A stretch of 63,686 nucleotides of DNA, counting the filler, from Gonapodya sp. JEL0774 (Eukaryota): NCBI GenBank assembly GCA_027604505.1. It is 46 parts of 46 records of this genome, joined end to end, with 100 filler letters (N's around TTAATTAATTAA, not from the genome) between each part and the next. Parts side by side here need not be neighbours in the genome. Positions count along the whole stretch, not along the records: positions 50,012 to 51,291 come from JADIIX010003442.1; positions 51,392 to 52,669 come from JADIIX010003443.1; positions 52,770 to 54,047 come from JADIIX010003444.1; positions 54,148 to 55,425 come from JADIIX010003445.1; positions 55,526 to 56,803 come from JADIIX010003446.1; positions 56,904 to 58,180 come from JADIIX010003447.1; positions 58,281 to 59,557 come from JADIIX010003448.1; positions 59,658 to 60,934 come from JADIIX010003449.1; 38 more parts are not named here. The stretch is one strand, 5' to 3'. Made by a program: the position numbers and the translations under genes. Shown in pieces: positions 50,012 through 62,410 of the stretch. The notes below the pieces were generated by a model. That model did no database searches and was not told the origin of the DNA. It saw only the letters and a list, made by a program, of their open reading frames with translations. How positions within the stretch are numbered: the first letter of the stretch is position 1; each line of letters begins with the position of its first letter.

Positions 50012-51036
50012 ATGCTTGATGGTTCAAGGCAGTGCTCGTTGCTTCCGTGCCTGGTCGATTCACCACGGACAAACACCGCTGGGGTCACCTACGGATGCGG
50101 AAAGTGTTGTCAGAACGTGTCGAACTTTCAGAGGGATGTAAACTGTCCAGCGATGTAGTCTTCCAATTTTCAAGTATCGGCTCATTGGGCACCAACGATT
50201 CCTACCTCCGTGGCGAACTCTTGGCTTCGCTTGCCGTCACCTCCACATCTCCTCGTCTCGTCCCCCCATCCCTCAAGCTTGTCTTTCCCACTGTCGAAGA
50301 CGTTCGATTGAGCTACGAAGGGTACGCTGCAGGCGACAGCATACCACACAATGAGGCGAATTGGGCAAAGCACAAGACGTACATGAGGCCACTGTTGCAC
50401 AAATGGAATGCGGAGAAGCAGGGACGAGAAAGAGCTATGCCGCACATCAAGGTATGGGTGTGCACATCAGTAGTGTTGCTGTACTGTTTTCAGCAGCGCT
50501 CATTGTTCTCCAGACTTTCTCAAGGCTCAATCCTGCAACTGGCGACGTGTCGTGGTTTTGCGTTACAAGCGCAAACCTTTCCAAAGCAGCGTGGGGTTCT
50601 TTTGAAAAACAAGGATCTCAACTCATGGTTAGAAGCTATGAGCTGGGAGTACTTGTGTTTCCATCACTATTCAAGGTCAGCGACTCAAGAGTTCTGCACC
50701 CACCATCAGAAATTCACCTCCTCTTGTTTCTGCAGTCGTCACCATCGATCAAAGTTGCCATGCGAAACGTCACCAAAAGTATTGCCCCGCGATTTCCCAA
50801 CATTCCTCACCCTTCCACTCTGACCATGGAGGGGAGTGTCGCTATTTTACCTGTTCGACTCCCCTACGACCTCCCGCTGACACGGTACACAGATAAGGAT
50901 GAGCCTTGGATCTGGGATAAGAGTGAGTTGGGTTAATAGCACGATATTCAAGACCGTTTGTGCTTGACCAGCTATACTGGTGTCAGATTACACCGCAGTG
51001 GATGCTGTGGGCAAAAAATGGGTAAACAGGAAGTAG
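50012..51036 (+). CDS. TDP1: Tyrosyl-DNA phosphodiesterase 1, 3' half
   Basis: SVPG, QFSSIGSLG, LVFPTVEDVRLS, RAMPHIK|TF, TSANLSKAAWG, RSYELGVL, LPYDLPL. Confidence 0.96.
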
Positions 51037-51391
51037 GAGCTCTCTGAGCGTATCGAAACTCTCCGTATCAGTTTCACCTTGCACACAATTGTATTTACAA
51101 TGACCATGCTTTGCTACAAAAATCGAAAGTTAAAATACAGCGGCATCTTGAATGTCCATTTCGACTACCCGAAACTCTCCAGTTTTCAGTCCCACATACA
51201 TCCTCTGTTGCGAGGATCTAGACCAAGGGTAGGGTTTATGCATTGTCGCTTTGATAATGTACTCCCGGCATTCCGGATTTTGGAGTTTAGGNNNNNNNNN
51301 NNNNNNNNNNNNNNNNNNNNNNNNNNNNNNNNNNNTTAATTAATTAANNNNNNNNNNNNNNNNNNNNNNNNNNNNNNNNNNNNNNNNNNNN

Positions 51392-52578
51392 GTTATCGAA
51401 ACCAGGCCATTGAATCCAAACCCACCGGAGAAACACGTTTTAATAAAGGTTAAGGGTGCGCACAAGGAGAAAGTGGGGTGCGGTGTGGTTCGAGCCTGCT
51501 GTTTCACGGACCAGTTGTTGGTCTTATTCCCCGCACAGCGAGCGGAATATGCCACTCAGACTCTTTCACCCACAACAACGCATACCAGCGACGTAAGCAC
51601 GCTTGAATGGATTCTAATTGTGGATTTCTTAAAGTATGCTGCTGCTATATATATACACGTCTCTGCAGCGTACACCCGAATCCCCGGCCACGAAATCATC
51701 GGACAAATCGTTGCAATTGGCCCCAAAACAACATCCGAGTTTCAAGTCGGGCAGATCGTTGGAGTCGGATGGTAAGAGTGAAAGTGGAGGGTGGCCAGTG
51801 AATACAAAAAATTCGTATGTGGTGACTTGAATTACAGGACCTGAGGATGGGACGGCACCTGCCCGGCCTGCCAGGATGGCTGCGTGGCAAACTGCGTGGA
51901 TTCGAAGGTCACAGGGATTCATGTACGTGCGGCCTAACTCTGTGCATGGTGTGTTCTCACGCAAGTAAACATTCAGGTGGACGGAGGCCACGCTGAATAC
52001 GTCACAATACCGGATGGAGCTGTTGCACTCATGCCGGATGGCATCGATCCTGCAAAGTCGGCCCCCATCATGTGTGCAGGGGTAACCGTCGTCAACGGTT
52101 TGCGGCACGCGGACGCCCGACCCGGAGATCTGGTGGCTGTCGCAGGGGTCGGAGGGTGAGAGGAAGTCGCAACGGAGATCTAGAATGGTCGGTTTGTTTC
52201 CCCTTATAACAGATTGTTGGTTTCACAGACTTGGCCACCTCGGCATACAGATTGCCGCAAGGGCGGGGTTCCGGACCGTTGCCATCTCCAGCTCCGACGC
52301 CAAGCGTGAGCTTGCATTAAAACTCGGCGCTCAGGAGTACATCAACTCTTCAAAGCAAGATGCAGTGGCGGAGCTGAAGAATCTCGGCGGGGCAAAGGTG
52401 TAAAGATGCCGTTATTGATGGTAATCTGAGTTCGATTTCATTTTCTCCATTTAGGCTTACGAGAAGATGATGGTGGGGTTTTGGTTCTCTGGTGCTGGAC
52501 ATTGTTCTTATTGACTGAAACTCAAAATACTAGGCAAACAAAGCGCGCTTCCGTGCTGTTATAACTTTCGGAGACTAA
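51392..52578 (+). pseudogene. Zinc-dependent alcohol dehydrogenase (MDR), disabled
   Basis: GICHSD, PGHE, CAGVT, GVGG|LGHLG present; in-frame TGA at 51842-51844; GGAK splices directly to AYEKMM, omitting the usual intervening segment. Confidence 0.8.
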
Positions 52579-52860
52579 CCGGTATATATCAATGTACGTA
52601 AACAGAATGGGCTAGCATAGATTGTCAAGCAGAGATCGAATCTCCAGATGATCCAGAAGGTTCTCCAGGNNNNNNNNNNNNNNNNNNNNNNNNNNNNNNN
52701 NNNNNNNNNNNNNTTAATTAATTAANNNNNNNNNNNNNNNNNNNNNNNNNNNNNNNNNNNNNNNNNNNNGTATGTAGTGCTATTGCGTAATTTTACAGTA
52801 AATTGCGTGAAAAGTACAATTCTCGATCAGGTGCCCTCCATGCGGAACTTATATGACCGC

Positions 52861-54047
52861 TCACAGCTTCTCCTTGGGCATCTTTTTGAGAGCTTGCCTG
52901 ACACCAAGGTCTGCGAGAATTTCCTCGGAACCACCGAGAATTGAGTCGAACTTGTAGGTTCGCTGGAACATTTCGATCATGCGTCCCATGCCTGTTTTGG
53001 TGATGGCACGTCCACCAAAAATTTGAACGGCCTCATCGGCAACGACTGCAATAGCAAATTAGTCTGGCTTAGACACCAAACGCAGTGAGCTTGCGCTGAC
53101 GAGTGTCAATCAAAACTCACGGTGTGCAGTCCTCGTGATGTTGAACTTCAGCAAACCAATGGGTCCAGCGAGATGCTCAGACATCTCTGCGTACGTCATG
53201 TTGCACATCTGGTAAGTGATGTTCTCGATCCATGCAGTGTCGGCCTCGATTTTGGCCATCATGGCGGCGAGCTTGAAGCGGACTTTTGGGACGACAAACA
53301 ACGACTTGACGTCAACGTACGGCTCTCAAAATTTCACGAACGTCACAATTAATACGCACTGACGGGTTGCTCGTTCAGCAGCTTGCCAAACACCTTGCGC
53401 TGGTTCGCCCATTTCTGTAAAGAGTGAAAATTGGTTTGCCGGACTCGACTGAAATGTAATGGCCTCACAAGAAACCAACCATGCACTCCTCCAGAATCAT
53501 ACGAGCGACACGGTTACCACCAACGCACATGACCCATCGTTCGTGGTTGAAGTTGGAGAGCACGACCTTCAAACCTTCGTTCACGGTGCCGAGAGTGTTT
53601 TCGACGGGAACCCTAACATTTTCGAAGGTAACGTAGGCGGTACCGGCGGTTTGGGAGTAGGAAGTTTTGATGAGTTTGGTCTCGACTCCACCAAAGGAGC
53701 GCTCGATAAGAATCATGGTAAGACCCTTGTCAGTGCGACAAGCCGTGGAGAAGTAGTCGCACCAATGGCCGTTGGTGATCCTGCAACGGCAGACAAGGCA
53801 ACAACAATATTCGTAAAGTAGTGGTGGGAATAAAGACACGGGCCAGCCAACTTACCACTTCTTTGTGCCGTTGACAATCCAGAACTTGCCATCTTCTGAG
53901 AGCTTGGCAACGGTGGTCATACCGGCGACATCTTTCGAATGCGGAAAAAAGATTAGAGACAAAATGCTTAAGAAAGGGAGCAGCATGTATGTGCCACTGA
54001 ACTCACCACTTCCAGCCATAGCTTCCGAAATAGCCAAGCAAATGAAT
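52861..54047 (-). CDS. Acyl-CoA dehydrogenase, 3' part
   Basis: AISEAMAGS|DVAG, IVNGTKKW|ITNG, FENVRVP, NFNHERW, AVQIFGGRAIT, ILGGSEEILADLGVRQ; stop 52861-52863. Confidence 0.95.
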
Positions 54048-54539
54048 NNNNNNNNNNNNNNNNNNNNNNNNNNNNNNNNNNNNNNNNNNNNTTAATTAAT
54101 TAANNNNNNNNNNNNNNNNNNNNNNNNNNNNNNNNNNNNNNNNNNNNTGGATGAAGATGTAGAGTAATAACATCGATAGGAGCTGGGCGCGGCCCCTGAA
54201 CTCGCCCGTGGCCGTTGCATAATACACGCACGCACCTTTGAGTAAAATGAACGGTGAGGGGTTGCAGAAAAAAGCTTCCATACTTCCGTACAATGCACTG
54301 GGCAGAAGTCATCGGGTGGATGTCGGGTGGCGTGCACCACGTCATGTCCTCAGTCCAACCCACCTTGTGAGGACCCCTGAACCCACCTCAGCCAAAACCT
54401 TTCCTCGGCTACTTCCCCAGATCCGTGTCGAATTTCTGGACTTGACGACTTGCTGCATTGCGACGACTGAGCCCAGCGTGACTCCCTGACTGTCCCTTCA
54501 ACAAAAGCGAACCACCAAGCGCTAGCGTCAACCAGAATC

Positions 54540-55425
54540 ATGAAGTTCGGAAAGGAGCTGCAAAAGGCAGTGCAAGAACTGCCGGTCGAATGGCGGGCAC
54601 ACACGGTGGACTATAGAAACGTAAGATCCGTTCGCGGTTGCCTGTACTGTGATTCGTGTTGAATCGATGTTGCGGGTTGTTTCAATAAATGAAAGCTCAA
54701 AAAATCTCTCAAACAAGTGCAACTCTCCCTCGAAGAACAACTCGCAGGACTTCCACTTGATGTTGAGGTGGTGTACACCCTCGCTGCCGGTATGTTGACC
54801 TTCTCTCTGCCGTGCTTTCCGTTTCATCACCAGAAGGTCGCTGTGCTCTGTTCTTGCTTTCAGAGGATATTGAACACCATATCGACTCATTCCTCGCCAT
54901 CTCGAATAAATCGATTGAACGTCCTGGCTCAGCAGATCCTTCCATCGACGAACGCGTGCCGAATCCCAACACACACTGGGAGACACCCGTTGCCACTCAA
55001 AGTCACGAAGGGCAAAATAGCTTGCTTGGCACTGGCTTCGACAGTCATGAAGGACTTCAGAGGCGTCTCTCCACTCATTCGGTGTCTGTCCCTGTCGTCT
55101 GGAAGAAACCACGACGATCCACCTTTGGGGCCGGCAATTCTTCCCGGCGAAACAACGACCAGTTAAACGAGTCTCCAGAATCCCGGGCCTCGGAAGGTGT
55201 TCTCATCAGCACTAGACGTCGGTCATTCAGTGGCATGAAAACCTCCACCGACATGACCCCAATCAATGCTGACATAGCAGTCTCCAAAGATGATGGAGGC
55301 CTGCCACCATCAGACCTCGTCCTGCCAACCGAACATGCCAGTATCCCACTTCAAGGAGACTCTGCATTTCTTACTACCTTATCTAAGAGCATACAAGGCA
55401 TCTCGGACTTTGAAAAAGGACTGGA
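54540..55425 (+). CDS. SPX-domain protein, 5' part (possibly SPX-RING type)
   Basis: MKFGKELQ...LPVEWRAHTVDYRN|LKKSLKQV SPX N-terminal signature. Confidence 0.85.
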
Positions 55426-56097
55426 NNNNNNNNNNNNNNNNNNNNNNNNNNNNNNNNNNNNNNNNNNNNTTAATTAATTAANNNNNNNNNNNNNNNNNNN
55501 NNNNNNNNNNNNNNNNNNNNNNNNNGTTTTATGGGCGTTTGCTGAGGCGGTGTTTGCGAATCGCACTTGCCCCCGCGCATATATTGCAGTGTATACCCTG
55601 ATGTGCTGTTCCGGTGAACGGATTGGAAAAGGAAAGAGCGTTTTTAGTTGTGCCGTTTTCGTGCTATTTCCTTGGCTTTCACCCTCGAGTCATGCTCCGA
55701 TGTTATTGACTGTTGCCATACCCCATCAACGACTTGTAATAGGTTCCTGAACTACTTACTCTATCGGACGCGTGAGATTCTTCTAGAGGGCCAAAAGAGC
55801 ATCTATATCGAATCTTTCTTGATTATTTTTGCAGATCTGAGCCCCGGATAAGTTGTTTGTGGACAATGGTTCCCAGTCTACATATCTGTCACATTCTGCC
55901 AGTGACACCGAGTCCTGCAACATACGTGTATTACTACCACTGAAGCCAGGGAATTGAATTGTCCAGCAGTGACATCTTCACATTCGGTATTCATTTTTCC
56001 TGCGACCCAACTTCCACCTTCTTTCTGCCACAGGTACAGAGCTACCAAAAGCCCTGGATGTACTTGTTACAAATAGAAAAGATCAAGAACATGCGAG

Positions 56098-56418
56098 CTA
56101 GAGATCCTCGTCCTGGAAGTCGGGGATCACAGCTGTCAACTCTTCCATTTCCCCAAACCTCACCCATTGGTCAATCAGCGCCGACACATCGTCCTCCCCA
56201 AAAGGCCCACACATTCTGAGACCATCATCCTCCTCGGATCTCATTCTTCGCCGCTCGCGCGCCAACTCCCGCGCGGCTACGTTAGCCGGCTGACGGAAGA
56301 TGGACACGAGGTGACGGTTGAGTGCCCCTGTAGGAAGTCCGAGACGATGGTCAAGGTAGCAGCCCACGGCAAGAAGAATTTCGGGAGGAAGATCCTGGAG
56401 GTGCGTGGCAGGGGGCAT
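56098..56418 (-). CDS. Protein with F-box-like N-terminus (may continue via splicing)
   Basis: HLQDLPPEILLAVGCYLDHRLGLPTGALNRHL. Confidence 0.7.
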   Translation of the reverse strand: MPPATHLQDLPPEILLAVGCYLDHRLGLPTGALNRHLVSIFRQPANVAARELARERRRMRSEEDDGLRMCGPFGEDDVSALIDQWVRFGEMEELTAVIPDFQDEDL

Positions 56419-56658
56419 TGGGTTGTGTATTTGACTCGAGTATGAGAGCGAGATCAGGGGAGGGTTGCACGCGGTTGATTGGATAAAGGGGGCAATGGAT
56501 GCCGAACAGAAGCGAGCTACATAGCTGGCAGCATAACAGAAGTAGGTTCGTCGAATTGGTGAAAATTACCGGAGCAGAAGAGTTTGATTCAACTCATGTG
56601 GCTTTTCATTCATTACTGTGGACTGTCCACGTTGCTTGACTTCAACTCCTCGGCAACA

Positions 56659-56803
56659 ATGGATGGAAACTCTCCAGCCAACGCAACATTCCCTCTGCTC
56701 TCTCTCCCTTATGAGCTACTGTCTCGCGTCTCCTCCTTTTGGTCCCTCCACCGACTCGGCCTCCCCACCGAATCCCTCAATACCCAACTTCTCGCTCCAT
56801 TCA
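56659..56803 (+). CDS. Paralogous protein with F-box-like N-terminus, 5' end
   Basis: MDGNS...LLSLPYELLSRVSSFWSLHRLGLPTESLNTQL. Confidence 0.7.
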
Positions 56804-56903
56804 NNNNNNNNNNNNNNNNNNNNNNNNNNNNNNNNNNNNNNNNNNNNTTAATTAATTAANNNNNNNNNNNNNNNNNNNNNNNNNNNNNNNNNNNNNNNNN
56901 NNN

Positions 56904-58180
56904 ATAAATTGCTCCGCACCACCCCTCAAAATCAACGTGCACGTCTTGGCTTGCGGGCACCCCATGAAGAAATTGAATCGCTCCCCGCCGATCTGCCTCT
57001 CCTCGAAGCGTTCACAAGCTCCCAGGTGGTGTGGCGCCATGTCATTGACAGAGCTCTGCACGGCCCCACCGACTGCTTTCACAACGCGTTGCAAGTCATC
57101 GTGTGGAACACGCCCTGCGCAAAAGATGTTGCGGTCTGCAAAGTATTGGGTGGCGAGGTCACCGATGGGGAGTTTGGACAGGACAACTTTCGCGCCTGTC
57201 GCGACGATTTTCTCGAGTTTGTCGTAGATAATGCTCCATTCGGCGTCGACGATGGCTTGATATTCCTGGTGGGTGAGGAGGGTCACACCGAATTATCCGT
57301 GATGCCACCTTGGGGTGCCAACATACCGCGACATTGTCTATCCGCGCTTCCGCATTATCCTTTTCTGCTTTCAATTCCAGTTCGACGTTGAGCGACAAGA
57401 TTTTCGGGTTGGTGAAGGATTTGGGTTGTTGTTCAAATCCAGCGTAGGAAAAGGTCTTTTTGAAGGCCACACCGTCGACCATGAGCGAGTCCTAGTGAAA
57501 TCATGAGAGTTGCAAAAACAATCATTACGTTAGAGGTTCACGATGTGAGAAACGTACCTGAAGTGCACCACCAGGGCACTTCTTGATGCCAATCAGATTC
57601 TCGTTCAACTCTATCTGGTCCAGGCTCAGAACGGCGTCAACAACCATTTTCTTGAAAAAATCTTTGCTGTTGTGAATGAGTTTCGAGGACATGGATGTGG
57701 CGGCGCACTTTTCGAGGAGGTCCCGGAAATCGCTAACACACGTGTGGAAAGTTCGATGTCACCTACAAATCGGATGGCCACTCATCTCCAGCCAAATCAT
57801 CAAGCAACTCACTCTTCGTTCTTCCTCTCAATTGCCACAGCCATTTCCTTGACTTTATTGATGGCCAAGGTTGCAGCTTGGCGGAAGCCCTTGATGACGA
57901 TTTGTGGGGGTACGCCTTCCTCAATGTACGGTTTGGCCTCCTTGAGAAGCTCAGCAGCGAGAAGGGTGACGGTGGTGGTGCCGTCGCCGACCTGGTTTGG
58001 GGAGATTGGAAAGGTGTTTGGGGTTTCCGAGTGGTCGTCATGCTTGTGACAAAGCACTCACCTCGGCATCCTGTGCACGAGCAATGTCCACCATCGCCTT
58101 CCCAGCGGGGTGCACAACGTCCAATAATCGCAGGATGGTGGCTCCGTCGTTGGAGATCGTGACCTGACCTATGGCAATTG
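56904..58180 (-). CDS. CCT7: Chaperonin CCT/TRiC subunit eta, fragment
   Basis: [65 protein letters not shown]. Confidence 0.97.
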
Positions 58181-61048
58181 NNNNNNNNNNNNNNNNNNNN
58201 NNNNNNNNNNNNNNNNNNNNNNNNTTAATTAATTAANNNNNNNNNNNNNNNNNNNNNNNNNNNNNNNNNNNNNNNNNNNNTAAAGATGCGCACTTCAAAG
58301 AGTCGAAAAACATGGAGAAGCACTCAAAATTGTTGGATCCATTGCCTCAGGGGGTCGTCATTTGGAGAGGCTGTGGGAGCAACTCGTTCGGGACCAGATT
58401 TCACCAGGCATCCTTTGGGGAAAAGCTGAAACAACAGCTTCATTGGCAGAGGTTACGGCGACGTTTCCACGCGTTGAAGACGGGGACTTCGTAGCGTCCC
58501 TTGATCTTGCATGAACTCCTCATGTGGTTCATGTCAACCGTCAGTTCCGATGCCACCCTGCGAACACTGTCAGACAATCCACTATATGGATATTCTTTGC
58601 ACATGTTGATGCATTCTCAACCACTTTGCAAATTCTAGGATGGCACTTCACGTGTATTGCATATGTAGATTTGTTGTAAATATGGAGTGAGGTGTACTCT
58701 GGAATCTAAGAGGAACACCTATGCACGTGTCGCCAAAATTATTTGAGCTTCTCCGATCTACTCGTGAGATCATGCTCGGAATGCATGAGTGGAGCTGACC
58801 GATACACGGCGGCTCTGGTTCGAGTCCAGTTGTGGTATTCGTGAATGCGTTGGCGACCTGCGAAGCAGTGATTTTAAAGAAGCTGTAACATGATTCTTGA
58901 TGTCTTTGAAAGTGCTCTTCAGAGGGCGCCCCTTTCAGTGATAAGAATGACTCGGATATTCACACGAGATCGTAGGTATAAAATTGGTTTTAGTGACACA
59001 CCTGAATATCTGCTCCAAAGACAGAGTACTGACTGTCAGAGGCCGAAGGTGGTATATCGATTGATCCGTACTTGAACAAGTTGCTTTTGAGAATTATGTG
59101 CTGATGGGTGTCAAACAACAACGGATGCAAACATCGTCTGGAATATGCGGGCCGAATAGATGCAACTGGTAAATTAATGGATTGTAAGCCATTAACCCCT
59201 TACAAAGTAAGTCAAAGACAAGATAAGCGTCACTTACTATACGCAAGGACCTGCGAAGCAACCTCGTGGTGGGGAGCGAAAGCGGATAGCCCAAGGTTCC
59301 AAGGAAACACACACCATCTACATGATGAGTGGACCAGTAATTCAGCATCCAGTGTTCGTTAGTGGCTTTCAAAGTTGCAATGCTCACCTGGACTCCTGTC
59401 CCCTCGGTTGCAACAAAACAATCGTCTCTGGATGCAGACGTCAACGCCATACGTATCAGCCGTCCGCAGCAAAAAAAAACACAGTTAAGTTAAGAAAACG
59501 AACCATATTTAGTAGTTGCTTCTACCCATCGGATATGGCGTTTCGCTAGGGGTTGGANNNNNNNNNNNNNNNNNNNNNNNNNNNNNNNNNNNNNNNNNNN
59601 NTTAATTAATTAANNNNNNNNNNNNNNNNNNNNNNNNNNNNNNNNNNNNNNNNNNNNGGGTAACGAAGGAAACGCAAGCTCCACTACAGAACCACGCTTT
59701 GGGTGAATGCCGACAACGAGAACTATGCAATGCGCGAGGTTAGTAAGTGATGGAATCGGCTCTGCGACCACTGACAACGGATTCCGCGGGTGATCCTGGA
59801 CTCACCATGAAGAAGAGTAGAAGGGTTTCCATAAGACATCACTCGATTTTTCCAGCATAAATCAAGTAGCGAAAATGGATCACTCTGGATTTTTCATATA
59901 TAAGCGGTCCTGGTGAGCACGAAGCCGACGTTGCTCACCTTCGACGCACAGACTCACCTCCAGGACGTGAGCCTCCTCCGGGTACAATGTTTCCCTCCGC
60001 GATCTGACTGACGAAAGTCTCAAATTTACCGTCAAGCGAATGCAGAGTTCTGCACAACGACAGTGATTATCAAGGAGAGCTTGGGTTGTTGTATGGGGTG
60101 CACCTTTCTGGGAATTTGCGCGGGGATGCCGGCGCTCCGATGTTTTGTAAACAAATGAATGGGCGTTCATTGTTCATCCGCCTCGAGCGAGTATGCATGA
60201 TTTTAACTTCGAAAGTTTTTCGATCATCTGATTTGGTTCCGCTGGAACAAATGTCCTTCCTTTTCAATTGCGGAAACGTGTCAAGCTGGTTATATATGAA
60301 CCAGGGCTGTTGGTTGCCATGGAACTGCTCGAATCAAAGTCAGACAGTCAACAGGCAGCAAATCGTCCCGCATCGTGCGGTATAGAGCGTGCGGCTCGAT
60401 CAAGGTACAGGTGGGCGAACAAAATATGTCCTGTACATACTCGGGTCCCAACGTGGATTTGAAGTATAACAGTACGAATGTAAATTATGACATATTAGAA
60501 TAGTAAGACTCATGAATACGTTAGCATTTCAAAGTTGGCTGATTCGTAGAACCTTCAAGTGATCTAAATCAGTGCACCTTGGCCAACGTAGAGAATATTC
60601 GATGCGAAAACTGATCCAAAACACGTTGTTTCGATATTTGCAACAAATTTACAATGCATTCCCAAAACACAGTTGGCCAAGCTCAGAGCATCGAGACCTG
60701 AAGAAGTATTTACAAAAACGACAAACTCGACCACGATACGGGCACCACATACACACCCGTACCAGCAGTTTACCCAGAATTTACTGTTCCCGTGCGCAAT
60801 CGCGAGGTTGAATCGTCAGTGTCCCGTTTTTGCATAACAAGCGCGGGTCCTGGCACCTCTCATCCTCTTCCAACCTTCACTGCAAACCACGCCACCGCTC
60901 CGACCACAGCAACCAGAGCCCCAACACCACCCGCNNNNNNNNNNNNNNNNNNNNNNNNNNNNNNNNNNNNNNNNNNNNTTAATTAATTAANNNNNNNNNN
61001 NNNNNNNNNNNNNNNNNNNNNNNNNNNNNNNNNNTCCGATATTCTAGG

Positions 61049-62310
61049 ATGTGATTCAAAAGGTGCTCCTTTGCACTTGGCTCACCGAGCTCTATCTAGA
61101 CCATCTCGACAGCATCGCCCCTCCTGCGCCTGCCATTTCTCCAGCCGGTGATGATCCTGCACATCCGTACACAGCCGCATCCACGTCGCTACTCAACTTC
61201 CTCCAAACTCATCTTGCACATCTTGATGTGCCCACCACGTTCCAGCTTATACAATCCCACTCTCACCCGTCCTTGTACCTATCGTTTGCCCGCCTAGTAG
61301 GTGATTGGGACCGTGTGGTGGCACACCTAGTGAGCATCAAGCGGTGGGAGGAGGCGGTGGACTCTCTGGCCACCAAGGTCCCTTTGGCCCGGGCCCGAGA
61401 ATTGTGGTACAAATATGCGGCGGAATTACTGGTGGAGAGGCCGGCAGAAACAGTTGCGGGGTGGATTAGGATGGGAGGCGGGTTGAATCCAAAGCATCTG
61501 ATACCGGCTATGGTAAGGTACGAAGCATCAAGGACGGCAGGAGGTCATGAGAAACCTGAGCAGGACCAGGCGGTGCGATATCTTCGATTTGCTGTTGATA
61601 AAATGGGAAATCGCGATGCGGCGGTCCACAATTACTTGGTGGGGTTGTATGTCGGAAAAGCAGGCGAGGTTGGGGAGGAGTCGAGTGGGCTGTTGGAGTT
61701 TCTACGAGGGGTAAGTGACGACCAGCTTAAGTGAAGACCATTCAATCCAAAGTGACCCTGATTCTCTACGCGTTGACTTTATTCTAGCACCCAGTCCCTC
61801 ATTACGACCTCCACTACGCCCTCCGTCTATGTAGCCAAGCCGGTCTCGTCTCTTCTTGCGTGGCCATTTGCCAGTCTGTTGGTCTTTGGGACGAAGCTGT
61901 GGAACTTGCCCTTGCCAGTGGCAGGGTTGCTGATGCGGAAGGGTGTGCTGACAGGGCAAGAGCAGGTGGTGGGATGCCGACTACTACCGGATACAGTGAC
62001 CTGCTGGATGACGATGACGAAGACACGAGAGAGTTGAGGAGGAAGTTATGGTTGAGGATAGCGAGGCATGTCGTCGAGGAGAAGAAGGATATAAAGAGGT
62101 AAGGTGTGAACGAGAACAGTGACCGCTCCATTCTTTTCTTGTTCTCATACATACATCCTGTCACGACCTCTATCACCTTGTTAATATCAGCGCTATCGAG
62201 CTCATAAAGAAATCTTCCGATCTGTTGAAGCTCGCCGATATTCTCCCCTTCTTCCCCGATTTTGTGCTCATAGACGATTTCAAGGACGAGATTTGCGCTG
62301 CCCTCGAGGA
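61049..62310 (+). CDS. VPS18: Vacuolar protein sorting 18 (Pep3), fragment
   Basis: TWLTELYL, LIPAMVRY, AVHNYL, YDLHYALRLC, RRKLWLRIARHVV, DILPFFPDFVLIDDFKDEICAALE. Confidence 0.96.
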
Positions 62311-62410
62311 NNNNNNNNNNNNNNNNNNNNNNNNNNNNNNNNNNNNNNNNNNNNTTAATTAATTAANNNNNNNNNNNNNNNNNNNNNNNNNNNNNNNNNN
62401 NNNNNNNNNN

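Noticed and set aside
47252..51036. Apparent DNA-repair cluster (UVDE, TDP1; also RAD54, PARP, POL2 elsewhere)
   Set aside because: The genes are on separate contigs ordered only by length.
51842..51844. UGA as selenocysteine in the ADH (Sec use is reported in some early-diverging fungi)
   Set aside because: The position is not a Cys or Zn-ligand site, no SECIS is evident in the visible 3' region, and the gene has a second lesion.
60313..60325. RFX X-box-like GTTGCCATGGAAC
   Set aside because: One base short of the consensus, with no identifiable adjacent gene.
58281..60934. Short ORFs in two largely featureless contigs
   Set aside because: No protein motifs, repeats or RNA structure I can support; at most gene 3' ends.
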